Shown: piece by piece, positions 39,779-53,588 of the stretch
Numbering within the stretch: position 1 is the first letter of the stretch
Layout: the number at the start of each line of letters is the position of its first letter
Assembly: GCF_001194135.2 (NCBI RefSeq)
Contig: NC_068984.1
Span: 8,807,250 to 8,871,249 of the forward strand
DNA: 64,000 nt
Source of the DNA: Octopus bimaculoides
Taxonomy: Eukaryota
Direction: 5' to 3'
Notes under the pieces: model-generated
The model's input: the letters and a program-made list of their open reading frames with translations, nothing else
Told to the model about the DNA's origin: nothing
The model's database searches: none
Program-made: the position numbers and the translations under genes

Positions 39779-40318
39779 TGGGTACAGACAAACCATATAG
39801 ACCTACATATATGTGCACCTTGTGAATTCGAACCTGACCAAAACAAAGTACAAAGGTTAGTTACTTTAGTAGAGTAACTTGTAGCTGGTGTTGTGGAATA
39901 TGGGGGATATACAGTGATGACGGGCTGTTAATATGGTACGAATTATAGTTGTTCGTCTGGTTAGATGTTTGCTTTGGTTTCATTTTATGGATGTGAAGCT
40001 GAGGTGAGGAGGGTAGGAGGGCATTTGTGGAGATTGAAACCTAGTTCATCGGCCTTTAGATGAATATGTTGAGTGGTGGTGGTGGTGGTGGTTTTGTGGC
40101 GAGGTCGTACGTTAATTGATTGAGTTTAATTAATTTAACAAATAAATGAGAATACTAGTTAGGCCTATAAGTAGAAATATGAGTAAAAGTATAGACACAT
40201 CCCATCAGATGTCAGGAGAAGATATCTGATTAAATAGTTCAGTCCAACGTGCCCACGAAACTGTAAGTCATACGAGTCAGACTATTACAGTATATGTGCG
40301 TGTATTGGTTGTGTACGA

Positions 40319-40349
<31 letters not shown>

Positions 40350-40751
40350 TGTATGTATGTATGTATTATCCTAAATTCGAATAGTGGTTGCTATTTCTGC
40401 GCTTTTCCTATAGCAGTGACCGATATAATATATATATCACACAGTTGATAAAATAATCGAGTTGCTCTCATTGAGAATATCCTTGCTCTGCAAATGTTTT
40501 CAATGTGTCTATTGTAACAAAATACTTATATTGTTATTGCTATTATTGTTAATGTTGTTGTCGCTGTTATTAATACTGAGACAGACAAAGTGATAGTTCA
40601 TGGAAATAATCTATTTCTTTAATTGTTAATGGTGATGACAATAGATCTAGAGATAAGCGTTCAGGAAATCGAGATTTAAATGTATTTTTAATCGTTAGTT
40701 CAAAATCTAACGTGTTAATGCCAAAGCTTTCGCATATTGTAGTTTTCCTAA

Positions 40752-41148
40752 GGCGGCGAGCTGGCAGAATCGTTAGCACGCCGGGCGAAATGGTTAGTGG
40801 TATTTCGCCTGTCTTTACGTTCTGAGTTCAAATTCCACCGAGGTCGGCTTTGCCTTTCATCCATTTGGGGGTCGATAAATTAAGTACCAGTTGCGTACTG
40901 GGGTCGATCTAATCGACTGGCACCCTCCTCAAACATTTAGGGCCTTGTGCCTAGAATAGAAAAGAATAGTTAGCACGCCGGGCGAAATGTTTAGCTGTAT
41001 TTCGCTTGTCTTTACGTTCTGAGTTCAAATTCCGCCGAGGTCGGCTTTGCCTTGTATCCTTTCGGGGTCGATAAATTAAGTACCATGGCGTTAATCTGGC
41101 ACCCTCCCCACACATTTCGGGCCTTGTGCCTTGAGTAGAAAGAATATT
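40752..41148 (+). mobile_element. SINE B2 tandem dimer
   Basis: The second unit starts at GTTAGCACGCCGGG directly after the first tail. Confidence 0.88.
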
Positions 41149-42534
41149 GCAGTTCTCCTCCTAAATATATCGATCCTTTTCCGCCTAGTCAAAATGATAC
41201 ATCTACATAGATATTATAGAGAATTTGTTCCTATTTCATCCGAGAATTGTCGGGAAAATATCATATATCAGAGAATCGTGTTTGTGGTCGCTATCTATTC
41301 CCTGTTGGATCAAGTGCACTTCAATAAGATTGCTAATGCCCTAGATAAAGGCATGAATTTACAGAACCTATTCCTGCTATCTTGTAAATATGGATGTGTA
41401 TGCTTATGTAAGAAATCAATAATGTGTTATTGGCTTCCATCTTCCCGTTTATTTTGAACGCCGCTACCGAATTTCAGTTCAATTTATATTATATTCTATA
41501 TTTGATCAAAGGTTCAAATAATAATACATCAAATAAACATTTATGAGTGATATGTTTCATCAAAAGATCTGGGTTCCCAATTTTTATGTTTTTTATTTTC
41601 ACTCCAAGATGAAAGCCTCGGCTTTCACCTTTATTACTTATAAACGGTTGTACTTGAAGTTGCTCAAAAACAAAATCAAACACTCTATCATAATTTTATT
41701 ATCCATGCATCTCCAGTTTTGCGTGTTAAGAATTTTTTCCCCGTGAGAAAACTGAATACTACTTAACAAAATTTAATGGGCTTATCAAAGTTCAGAAGAA
41801 GAAAAAAAGCAAGTATTTTTGTATCTCCAGTCTATAGGTTATATGATATTACGCAATAATTTGACACATTCTAATAAAATTCTCATATCACATGAATTTC
41901 AACCAAAACAATTTAGTTAAAGGTCGCTATAAATATATATATATATGTTTTACTAACGTAGAGAGGAAGAGCGAGAGAGAGAGTGTGTGTGTGTGAGCGA
42001 GAGAGTTGTCGAAGTCGAGGTTTAGTCATTCAAACACGAGAAAACCCCATGTAATCTAGAACTGATTAGAGTGGAAAAGTAGGAGAGAAGCCTAAAAATC
42101 GCCATGGATATACCGCTTAGAGCATCTTGGGATTTCGTTCCTCAACAGATCGACATGAGCAGGATAGAATATTTGCTGAATAGAGCACTTTACTTTCATT
42201 CGCTTATCATCAGAACTTGCGTCAATTTCCATGAATTACTATGCTCTTCATCGACAGCCAAGCCCTCTGATCTACAGTCAAGCTTTTGCATCGTGAAAAC
42301 ATCAGATTGGAAATAATTCCAAGGATAGAACCAAACGTTAAACCTGCTCTCAAAGTCCGCAGTGTATACAGATCTTTCAGACCACTTACACCTACTTCAA
42401 ACGTTTATATCTTCTACGTTATTTGGCCCTTATATTCAAATAAAAATATCCCAAATTTTTAAGGAAATACATATTAAGATGAAATATAAAATGTTAATGT
42501 TAAGACGTTACTATTTTAAAGGCGGTTAAAACTG

Positions 42535-42925
42535 TGAGCTGGCAGAAATGTTAGCACACCGGGCGAAATGCTTAGCGGTATTTTGTCTGTCGTTACGTTC
42601 TGAGTTCAAATTTCGCCGAGATCAATTTTGTTTTTGTTATGTCTCAAGTTACTCATATCTAGCACCTTCGGATGATCTCTACTCAACCGCTACACAACTG
42701 CTACTCGACTGCTACGCAACTGCTACTCAACACTCCTACCACGGCCTGACTACTTCTATTTATATGTCATGGGAGATCCTATTACTTCGCCTGGGGGGCG
42801 TCGACACAACAGTTTTTCATCCTGTAGGTGTCGATTAAATAAGTACCAGTTACGAACTGGGTCGATGTAATCGACTTAAACCCTTTCCCTAGGAGGCCTT
42901 GTACTTCCAGTAGAAAGAATTATTT
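42535..42925 (+). mobile_element. SINE B2 interrupted by ~160-bp insert
   Basis: Head at 42535 and tail at 42810-42925, with unrelated sequence containing an 11-bp minisatellite between them. Confidence 0.8.
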
Positions 42926-43043
42926 AAAGGAGGTTTAAGAATAACACCGGGACAACAGAGGAGATTGACTCGACACTGAGGAGCCATTGAAATTGTTTGT
43001 GTGGTCTCAGTCTTCACTTCATAATATATGAAAAGCATATACA

Positions 43044-43490
43044 GACGCAGGTGTGGCTGTGTGGTAAGAAGCTTGCTTTCTAGCCACATAGTTCCCGGTT
43101 CAGTCCTACTGCATGGTACCTTGAGCAAGTGGGTTCTAATTTATCCACGAGGTGACCAAAGCCTTGTGAATGGATTTGGTAGACGGAAACTGAAAGAAAG
43201 CTATCGTAGATATATATATGTGTGTGTGTGTGTACATTTGTGTATGTGTGCGTGACTGGGCGCGTGAGTGTATGTGTGTGTGTAAATGTGTGTTTGTGTT
43301 TGTCGCCCGATGTCGCTTGACAGACGGCGTTGATGCGTTAGCGTCCCCGTAACCTAGTGGTTCGGCAAGAGGGAAAGAAATACCAGGCTTAAAAAGGTAA
43401 GTAGTCTGGTCGGTTCGTTCGACTAAATATTCTTCAAGGCGGTGCCCCAGCATGGCCGTAGTCTAATGACTGAAACAAGAAGACAAAAGA
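43044..43490 (+). mobile_element. SINE family A, full length
   Basis: Head, internal (TG)n and tail. Confidence 0.88.
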
Positions 43491-44387
43491 TAGAAGCTTA
43501 GAGTATTCACACAGGTAGCAAGTTAGAAGGAACACTATCAGGGCACTTAGCATAAATAACTCAAAACAAGAAATCTGAGAATCAATATATTTATCCATAA
43601 TTGCAAGTCCGACAAAATATGATTGTTTCACTGGGATGCTTCTTTAGGAACTGGATAGAAATATTCTTAGTAAAGAATTTAAGTTTGTCAAAGATCATGG
43701 CTGGTAATCGTGTGCGTCGAAAGAGAGCAGGAAACGTTCGCGGAGGTGACAAGTTTAAAGGGATGTGCAAATAAAGAAATTAAGGTAAGAAGTTTGAGTG
43801 TCATAATATTTAATCCATAACTGTATATTCAACGAAATATATTTCGTCAGATTCACAGCTATTGAATGTATAGACGAAAGTGAATTTTACTACATGAAAT
43901 ATATATCACTTAACAAACAACCACATATTTTGGTGAAGGGTATAGTTGATTAATTTCTTCATATTCCTTCTCTTTCAACCTATATTAATTTAATCATCAC
44001 GTAATATAAAATGTAAAGATGAAACCGGTGGTATTTAAACTGGGAACCAAGCTAAATATTGCATGGCATTTTATCATTAATCTTCCAATTCTGTCAATCG
44101 GCCAAGAATACACTTACCTTAAAGCATGGAATATCAAGAAGTGAATTTAAATTAAATATCTTTTGAGGGAAAATAATATTCGGCGTGGAGTTTGCTCTTC
44201 TTTCACAAATAATAAAGATAATTCCACTTCCGGACATATTCCTACGTCATTAAACATCGTCTGTGGAAGTTTAACGTTGTAGTAAGTTACCAGACTGTTG
44301 TTGTCGAGAACTGGATATTTAACAATTAAATGTGTCTGAGACGCTATAGAAATGTGTCAGAAACAAATACAACGACAATGTCATAGT

Positions 44388-44422
<35 letters not shown>

Positions 44423-44783
44423 TAATAATAATAAATAGTAAACAATAGCAACAATTGTTAATTGGCGTAACGCCAAATATATATAAAGGAAGTGGATTAA
44501 TCGATTAAATAAACTTTCAGTATATTAGGTAGACATATTTTTGAAGAAATATGTAAAGAAAAGACGTCTTCGAAAAGATGTGAATACACAAACCGAAAGA
44601 ATTTGAATAAATAATGAAGTTGGCTTTGACTCTCTTCGTCAAGGGTTACATAAATACAAAATATACCAAGAAATGTGTTGAAGACTAACATTATGTTTGG
44701 GAGGAGGTTACCTGTACATCCATGTGCAAATTACTAACGTTAAAATATAAAATATTGGCACTGAGCCATGTATGGTATTTATA

Positions 44784-45490
44784 CAGAGTGTCCCGAAATT
44801 AAGGCAACCGAAGTTTTGGGGTTTAGTAACTATTAATAAATGTGATAAGATATGAAAATTATACATCATTAGAAAAGCTTGATGCGTTTTCGTTTTTGGT
44901 TCAGGCTAAATAAATTCAGATTTATAAATTAGATAATGTCTATAGACCGAAATACAATTATAACCTTCCACAAACGAGGCAAAAGTGATACAGCTGTAGC
45001 ACAAAAGCTGTAACACGAAAGCTTAAAATTAACCGAACAACAGTCTGGAAAATTGTCAAGAAATTTCAAATTTCAAGTTCCACCACTGATCGATCTGGAT
45101 GCGGCCGAAAAAGAAGAGTGCGGATCCTTCAGCCTATCAAAAGTACCAGAGAAAAGACACAGCGAAATCGTCAACGTTCCATCAGAAAACTGGCTCCCAC
45201 CGCAAAAAGAAGCCACGCATTGATTTATCGAGTGCTGAACGAGAATCTCAGGACCCACCCCTACAAGATGATCCGCCGTCATGAACTCACGCAAGTTTAT
45301 AAGGCCATGAGACTGGAAAGAAGTTGTCTTATCCTGCATCAGATTGCTGAAGCCACACTGCTCAACCTGATGTTTACTGATAAAAAGAAATTTGACATCA
45401 GATAGCCAGTAAACCACCAGAATGACCGATTTAAGAATGTATCTGGCTCTGTCGAGGTCAGACTCGTGTATCGACGTGAACATCCACAAA
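44784..45490 (+). mobile_element. Tc1/mariner superfamily remnant (maT/rosa-like), 3' truncated
   Basis: TA+CAGAGTGTCCCG terminus; NRTTVWKIVKKF, RSGCGRKR, HPYKM and FTDKKKFDI..NHQNDR, similar to the FSDEK.F...N.QNDR motif. Confidence 0.8.
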
Positions 45491-45835
45491 TAAAAAAAAA
45501 TGTGAAAACCGCTAAAAAAAATATTCTCTAAAGTTAATATACGACCATATAGATCAAGAAAGTATGGAAGACCCTACACAAAAAAGACTATGTACATAAA
45601 ACGAATTAGAGAAAAATTCATGTAAAACATTGTTTTCCTGGTTTTTCCATTTAGGCAGGCGTTCTGGGGGAAATGTTATAGTGCATGACCATCCTTGGCA
45701 CATAAGTAATGTGTGTGTAAATTATGGAGAAAATCGGTTTAGAATTGTGGAAATGTATGCTTTAGTCAATATGCACAAACATACTGTGATTTATATATTC
45801 CAGAAATGTTTATATATACATGTTTATATATATAT

Positions 45836-45909
<74 letters not shown>

Positions 45910-46439
45910 GTGTATGTATGTGTGTATGTATGTATGTATCGTAAGCACGCATATATACTTTACTAGTTTATGTAAATTATGTATATATTCGTTAAAATTA
46001 CTAGATCTAACCACATATAGCGGAATTTGGGCAATAAATCCGTCGCATTTCGTCCATCCCTCTGCCTTCTTAATTTGTGTGTATTTAAAACGTGTGACTG
46101 TTTTTGCCTTCCGCTGAATAATTGAAGCTAAGGTACCTGCACCTCCTCCCCACACAACATATTACATAAAACTCCCTTTCTCACTCAGTAAGTAACTTAC
46201 CCAACACATCAGCTCTTTCACCATCTACACTTTATATGGATTAATCATTCTCCTCACCTAAACGTCAAGCTGTATTTCTCTGCTTCAATGTGATCGCCTT
46301 GTCATCTATTTGTTATCTCTACCATTTAGTATAATTATATTTATTTAATCGGCCTTTATCATATTACATTGGTAAAGCACTCATTTCCGAAACGTTTAGC
46401 CCCTTGTGGGCAATAAAGAAATAAGAAAAGTAATCAACC

Positions 46440-46624
46440 GCCTTAATTCTTGATATCATTTCTTATTCCTTTATTGCAGACACGGCGCTAAACATAGAGG
46501 GGACAAACAAGGACAGACAAAGGGATTAAGTCGATTACATCGACCCCAGTGCGTAACTGGTACTTAATTTATCGACCCCGAACGGATGAAAGGCAAAGTC
46601 GACCTCTGCGGAATTTGAACTCAG
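46440..46624 (-). mobile_element. SINE B1, head lost in gap
   Basis: Core and B1 tail run up to the N block. Confidence 0.85.
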
Positions 46625-47570
46625 NNNNNNNNNNNNNNNNNNNNNNNNNNNNNNNNNNNNNNNNNNNNNNNNNNNNNNNNNNNNNNNNNNNNNNNNNNNN
46701 NNNNNNNNNNNNNNNNNNNNNNNNNNNNNNNNNNNNNNNNNNNNNNNNNNNNNNNNNNNNNNNNNNNNNNNNNNNNNNNNNNNNNNNNNNNNNNNNNNNN
46801 NNNNNNNNNNNNNNNNNNNNNNNNNNNNNNNNNNNNNNNNNNNNNNNNNNNNNNNNNNNNNNNNNNNNNNNNNNNNNNNNNNNNNNNNNNNNNNNNNNNN
46901 NNNNNNNNNNNNNNNNNNNNNNNNNNNNNNNNNNNNNNNNNNNNNNNNNNNNNNNNNNNNNNNNNNNNNNNNNNNNNNNNNNNNNNNNNNNNNNNNNNNN
47001 NNNNNNNNNNNNNNNNNNNNNNNNNNNNNNNNNNNNNNNNNNNNNNNNNNNNNNNNNNNNNNNNNNNNNNNNNNNNNNNNNNNNNNNNNNNNNNNNNNNN
47101 NNNNNNNNNNNNNNNNNNNNNNNNNNNNNNNNNNNNNNNNNNNNNNNNNNNNNNNNNNNNNNNNNNNNNNNNNNNNNNNNNNNNNNNNNNNNNNNNNNNN
47201 NNNNNNNNNNNNNNNNNNNNNNNNNNNNNNNNNNNNNNNNNNNNNNNNNNNNNNNNNNNNNNNNNNNNNNNNNNNNNNNNNNNNNNNNNNNNNNNNNNNN
47301 NNNNNNNNNNNNNNNNNNNNNNNNNNNNNNNNNNNNNNNNNNNNNNNNNNNNNNNNNNNNNNNNNNNNNNNNNNNNNNNNNNNNNNNNNNNNNNNNNNNN
47401 NNNNNNNNNNNNNNNNNNNNNNNNNNNNNNNNNNNNNNNNNNNNNNNNNNNNNNNNNNNNNNNNNNNNNNNNNNNNNNNNNNNNNNNNNNNNNNNNNNNN
47501 NNNNNNNNNNNNNNNNNNNNNNNNNNNNNNNNNNNNNNNNNNNNNNNNNNNNNNNNNNNNNNNNNNNNNN
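46625..47570. other. Assembly gap
   Basis: N run. Confidence 1.
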
Positions 47571-47631
47571 GTGTGTGTGTTTGTGTGTGTGTGTGTATGT
47601 GTGTGTGTGTGCGTGTGCGTGTGCGTGTTGC

Positions 47632-47667
<36 letters not shown>

Positions 47668-48384
47668 ATTTGCGACTTGAATCAACAAACAGCAATTATG
47701 GAGAAATTATTGCAAGATAGCAACAGAAACTAGCTAACACGGCCAACATTCATCAATCCGCTGCTTCATTTTCATGAAATGCATAAATAAATATGTTTAT
47801 AGAAAAACCTGTAAAAAAAAAAAAAGTACAAGGTGCATAAAGTTTAAATATAGAACTAGCAGAATGATATAAAAATGGCTGCTTTGGTAGCACCAAGGAA
47901 TGGCTTAGAAAAACGTTTCTGATCTCTACTTTCATTTTCGCACCGCCGAAGAAACAGAATTTCTTTCACATTGAATAACATCTCATAATACCGACCGTTA
48001 ATCTTCCAGTCGAGTAAATAGCTATTTTTATACGCCATGAGGAATTTTGGTCACGTCTACGTACGTTTCTGAGTTCAAATGTTTCTAAGATCGATAAAAT
48101 AAAAACCAGTATTTACACTTGGATTCAATTCCACCAACTATAACGTTGCGCCATAAATTGTGGCCTCGTTATTACTGTGAGAAATTATAAAATATTATCG
48201 ACATTCTCATTAGTATCATCATCATGGCCATCGTCGATATTGCTGTCGTCGTCGTCGTTATCATCAACAATTCTGAGAAATATTGGCCTCCATTTCTTCA
48301 GCTACACCGATTCCACATATCATTAACTTTTCCTTTTAAATCATTCCAGTGATCTAATTGGTCAATCATACACCGCACTTTGCC

Positions 48385-48573
48385 AACAATGATGATGAGA
48401 AAGAGGAGGGGGAGGAGGATAATGAAGACGAGGATAAGGATGATGATTATACTGATAATGATGAGGACGTCGTCGACGACGACGACGACGACCATTACGA
48501 CGATGATGATGATGACGATGATGGTAATGATAATGGTAATGGTGATGATGATAATAATAATAATAATAATAAT
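48385..48573. repeat. (GAT)n/(GAC)n/(AAT)n triplet tract
   Basis: Direct reading. Confidence 0.92.
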
Positions 48574-49667
48574 ACCAAAACCAGAAAAATGTTGACAGTA
48601 CACGGAGCCATCTATCATATGAGTAACACCGATAGGTTGTACTTGTCCTGGGAGAGATTTGATCAGTTGCCACGACTGTATCGAAGCAGAGAAAAACAGC
48701 CGAGTGTGGTATACAAAAAATGCTGTGGAGCCACTGTTGAAACACACGAAACACACAAAACTGAAAATTGTGTAATGAAAGAAAAATTTAAGGAAGAACT
48801 AAACAAAAATAGAAAAGAAAAAGCATAGAACAAAAAGAAATTGTACGGTCAGTTTACAAGAGATGTGAACGCCAGGACAGATATAGAGGACCGGTGGCTA
48901 TGGATGATGAGGAGTGACCATGAGATAGAGACAGAGGCACTCATATGCGCAGCTCAGGAACAAGCATTAAAGACCAATTATATGAAGTGCAGACCAGACA
49001 ACACTGCCAATAGTGACAAATGAAGAATGTGTGGCGAGAAGGGTGAAACAGTATGATATATCATTAGCGAATGCTCGAAATTGGCACAAAGCGAATACAA
49101 AAGATGTTATGACAATCTGGCAAGAATGATCCATTGGGAACTCTGTGGAAATCACAGCCTACAAGGGGCAAAGACGTGGTATCAGCAAACCCGAGAAGGA
49201 GTCACCGAAAATGAGAATTGCAAAATCCTGTGGGATGCAATGATCCAGTGCGATCACCCGACCGGAAATCGGAAACCAGACATTGTTCTGGTGAATAAAA
49301 AAGAAAGAACATATTTGATAAGTGATAAAGCATTTCCCGGTGACAACAGGATCAAAGAAGAAAAAAAATGAACAGCTATGGTGATTTAAAGTGGGAAAAA
49401 AATGAAGGTTGTGGTCAATGAAGAGAGTAGACGTGATACCAAGAGTAATTGGTGCACTTGGAAGTATCAGCACTCATCTACCATCATGGGTGAAAAAGAC
49501 AGTTGAAAGTGTAAAGGTAGAATACCTACATAACTCAGCATTACTTGGAACTGCAAGAATTCTTCGCAGGATTTTTGCATGACTAGTAAAACAAGCGTCA
49601 CACTCACTCTGATGGCTGTGGACAGCTGACACTTTCCATCCAGCAAAATAAGCTGAGTTTTCATCAC
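48574..49667 (+). mobile_element. 5'-truncated R4/Dong-type LINE (RT C-terminus, zinc knuckle, restriction-like endonuclease)
   Basis: KTRKMLTVHG..DRLY, ETEALICAAQEQAL, a decayed CxxC..H..C knuckle, KILWD..RKPDIVLV..D and YGDLK..VIGALG; (AAT)n on both sides. Confidence 0.88.
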
Positions 49668-49713
<46 letters not shown>

Positions 49714-50140
49714 NNNNNNNNNNNNNNNNNNNNNNNNNNNNNNNNNNNNNNNNNNNNNNNNNNNNNNNNNNNNNNNNNNNNNNNNNNNNNNNNNNNNNNN
49801 NNNNNNNNNNNNNNNNNNNNNNNNNNNNNNNNNNNNNNNNNNNNNNNNNNNNNNNNNNNNNNNNNNNNNNNNNNNNNNNNNNNNNNNNNNNNNNNNNNNN
49901 NNNNNNNNNNNNNNNNNNNNNNNNNNNNNNNNNNNNNNNNNNNNNNNNNNNNNNNNNNNNNNNNNNNNNNNNNNNNNNNNNNNNNNNNNNNNNNNNNNNN
50001 NNNNNNNNNNNNNNNNNNNNNNNNNNNNNNNNNNNNNNNNNNNNNNNNNNNNNNNNNNNNNNNNNNNNNNNNNNNNNNNNNNNNNNNNNNNNNNNNNNNN
50101 NNNNNNNNNNNNNNNNNNNNNNNNNNNNNNNNNNNNNNNN

Positions 50141-50795
50141 GCACGTTATAAAAATAAAGCTACTGAACAATAATAATAATAAGACCTGGAAATAGAGGTA
50201 ACTCGAATGTGGAATCTGAAAACAGAAACAATTCCTATCATAGTAGGTGCCTTAGGTATAATAAAAAAATATTCAGACAAATACATAACAAAAACACCAG
50301 GACTTACAAATATATATAACATACAGAAAATTGCACTACTGGGTGCTGCACACATTCTACGCAAAACACTTTCAATACAGTAAACATAAGAGCACCACAG
50401 CAAACCACAGCACATACCCAAGGCGCACAGAGCTGCGCTCGGTAGTGAAATGAAAGCACGTTATAAAAATAAAGCTACTGAACAATAATAATAATAAGAC
50501 CTGGAAATAGAGGTAACTCGAATGTGGAATCTAAAAACAGAAACAATTCCTATCATAGTAGGTGCCTTAGGTATAATGAAAAAATATTCAGACAAATACA
50601 TAACAAAAACACCAGGACTTACAAATATATATAACATACAGAAAATTGCACTACTGGGTACTGCACACATTCTACGCAAAACACTTTCAATACAGTAACC
50701 ATAAGAGCATCACAGCAAACCACAGCACATACCCAAGGCACACAGAGCTGTGCTCGGTAGTGAAGTGAAAGCACGTTATAAAAATAAAACTACTG
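50141..50795 (+). repeat. Tandem array of 315-bp units derived from an R4/Dong-type 3' end
   Basis: Units 50166-50480 and 50481-50795, plus a partial unit before the gap. Each reads KDLEIEVTRMWNLKTETIPIIVGALG..ILRKTLSIQ* followed by a 3' UTR. Confidence 0.88.
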
Positions 50796-50870
50796 AAGAA
50801 GAAGAAGAAGAAGAAGAAGAAGAAGAAGAAGAAGAAGAAGAAGAAGAAGAAGAAGAAGAAGAAGAAGAAG
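50795..50870. repeat. (GAA)n microsatellite
   Basis: Direct reading. Confidence 0.97.
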
Positions 50871-51884
50871 ATTCTATTACTTTGTGGTATTACGAAGTCT
50901 ATATTATATCATATATATATACATACAGTGTACATTTAAACACATCAGAGTGATGTCCATAATAGGACATCTAACCCGTGTTTATATGTTAATATGTTAA
51001 ATAGGACATCTAACTCGTATTTATATGTTAATCTTGGCTTTTCCGCTGATGATAGCTGGCCTTGCAAATTATTATTTTATTTTGCTAAAAATAGCTTGAA
51101 ACCATCGTCCGGGAAATAGATGGTAAATGTTTTTATTTTTCATTCCCTTTCGAAATTATCCCTAATTGTCGTTTGGAGTTTTGACTGCTCCTTCTAGCGG
51201 GTTAGATGTCCTATTATGGACATCTATCTGATGTGTTTTAATCTACTCTGTATGTATTTATATGAATAATATATAGCCTATTGACTAGTTTTTTTCTTCT
51301 CGCTAGACCACTGGTAGTAAATAGAATTTCTAGAATTATTTTGCTACCCTGAGATTAATTATATCATACATATATATAGTTGAAAACATTTGCTATTTGT
51401 CATAGATTTAACATTTTCAAAAAAATGCTTAACATTCCCATTAATCGAGATTAGTGAACGCAACGTTATGATTTATCGACAATTTAAAAATATGGATTAA
51501 TGTGCTAAAAGTTTGGATTTGTGAAAAAAGAAAGTGCAATGCAAAACAAACACAAATTTAAAGAAACTTACTGTGGTTTCGACAACTTTTGAAGACTATG
51601 AATGAATGTAATAACAACAGTAGCATTTATGTCACAGTAAATAATTTAAAGTAAAACAGGAAGTATAATTCAAGTTGGTATTTATACAGAAAGGTAGAAA
51701 TGTTGAATTATGTATCGTAGTGTATGTANNNNNNNNNNNNNNNNNNNNNNNNNNNNNNNNNNNNNNNNNNNNNNNNNNNNNNNNNNNNNNNNNNNNNNNN
51801 NNNNNNNNNNNNNNNNNNNNNNNNNNNNNNNNNNNNNNNNNNNNNNNNNNNNNNNNNNNNNNNNNNNNNNNNNNNNNNNNNNNN

Positions 51885-51915
<31 letters not shown>

Positions 51916-53588
51916 AGTCATAACAGGTTATATTTTGAAGGAAGAATTCGTATATTCAGCAGATTTTTGTAAATGCTAGAGGTAGAATGTCAGATTGTGC
52001 GATGTAAAAAAAACGAGTAGATATTCATAAATCTAGGTTTTAGGTTATGGATAAGAAGATGAAGAGCCAATATGTCAAATAAAATTTAACACTTTAAAAG
52101 TGAATCGATTCTGAATGGGACTAGGGAACATAACAAACATAGATAATTGTATGTATGTATGCATGTACGTATGTGTGTATGTATGTATTATGTATTATGT
52201 ATGTAGATATGTATTATAAGAGAGAGAGACAAAATTACAGAAACAGAAGCAGTTCTCTATGATTTGGGGTAACAGACGTATCGGAGTAAAGAGTTAAAGG
52301 AAAACACAGAGAAGCACACACATACATACACACAGTGTTATTATTTTTTAGCTTGAACTGCCTTCGGTTATCTATAATATAAACCCCGTTCTCTGTGTGT
52401 GCGAGTGTGTGCGTGTGTGAATGTGTGTGTGTATGTCTATGTGAGTGTGTGTGTGTGTCGTATTTTTCAACTGATTTTCTCCAAACTAGGAACATACACT
52501 ACTTAAGTTCCAGGGATGGTTTCATATTCTTAAAATTTTTAACAGAATGAGTAACGCGGCTCTTGTGGGCAGAGAATACCCTTTCCTGCGTTACGTCGAG
52601 AAGGTAGGTAACCCTTTGCGAAGTAACATTCAGAAAATGATTGTTTCCCTTACCTCCATTGGTCATAAAAAATATAAAATATAACTTTTTATATTAGATT
52701 CACGTCTTTGAAAGTTTTTTTTTTTAATATTTACTTCCTGTTTCTAGCGTCAGTGACGTATATATCTTTCTCTATATATCTCTCTCTAACCATTTCTCTC
52801 TATCTATCTCTATCTCTCCATATCTCTCTATCTATATCTTTCTATATACCTATCTCTATCTCTCTGTCTGTCTATATCTCTGTATTTATTGTCTATATCT
52901 TATCCATCTATATCTATCTTGTTTGTCTAACTAGCTAGCTCTCTCTCTCTCTCTCTGCCTCTCTCTCTCTCTCTATCTCTCTGCCTCTCTCTCTCTCTCT
53001 CTTTCTCTCTCTCTACCTACCTATATCTATATCTCACTCTCTATTGTTTTTCCTTTCATTTTTCAGGCTCTATTTTTACACTTTAAGTTCAATCTCTATT
53101 GATTTCACTGTAAGTTTTGAATCGACAGAAAGGAGTTCACAATTACTGATGAAAGTAATTTCATAATTTACTGACAGAAGTAACTTTATAAATTTCACTT
53201 CAATCCGTACACTTATTTAATTTCCCTAAAAGATTCCTATTTACTTTTCAACGGTTATGTATTTCTCTCTTGTTAACGGCTTTTTTCTGGTTCCTTCGAT
53301 ACTGGCTCTTTGTTTCACTAGGTGACAAATTTCGTACAATACTTCATTTTCCGTAAAAATTTATTTACATTCTGCCCATTCGTATTAAGAAATATAATTT
53401 CCGTCACCCAGTTATTTTCATTGTTTACTATCTTCTACATCCGTTCAAATTTTGGAGTTGAATTTCTATAATTTTGAATTTCTATAAATCACTTTTCATT
53501 TTGAACTCGACGAAGACAGTCTCGCAGTCGAAATATCATTCAACCAATAAAACATCTATTGCAATCGCACTGCCACCTTTGTAATGTC

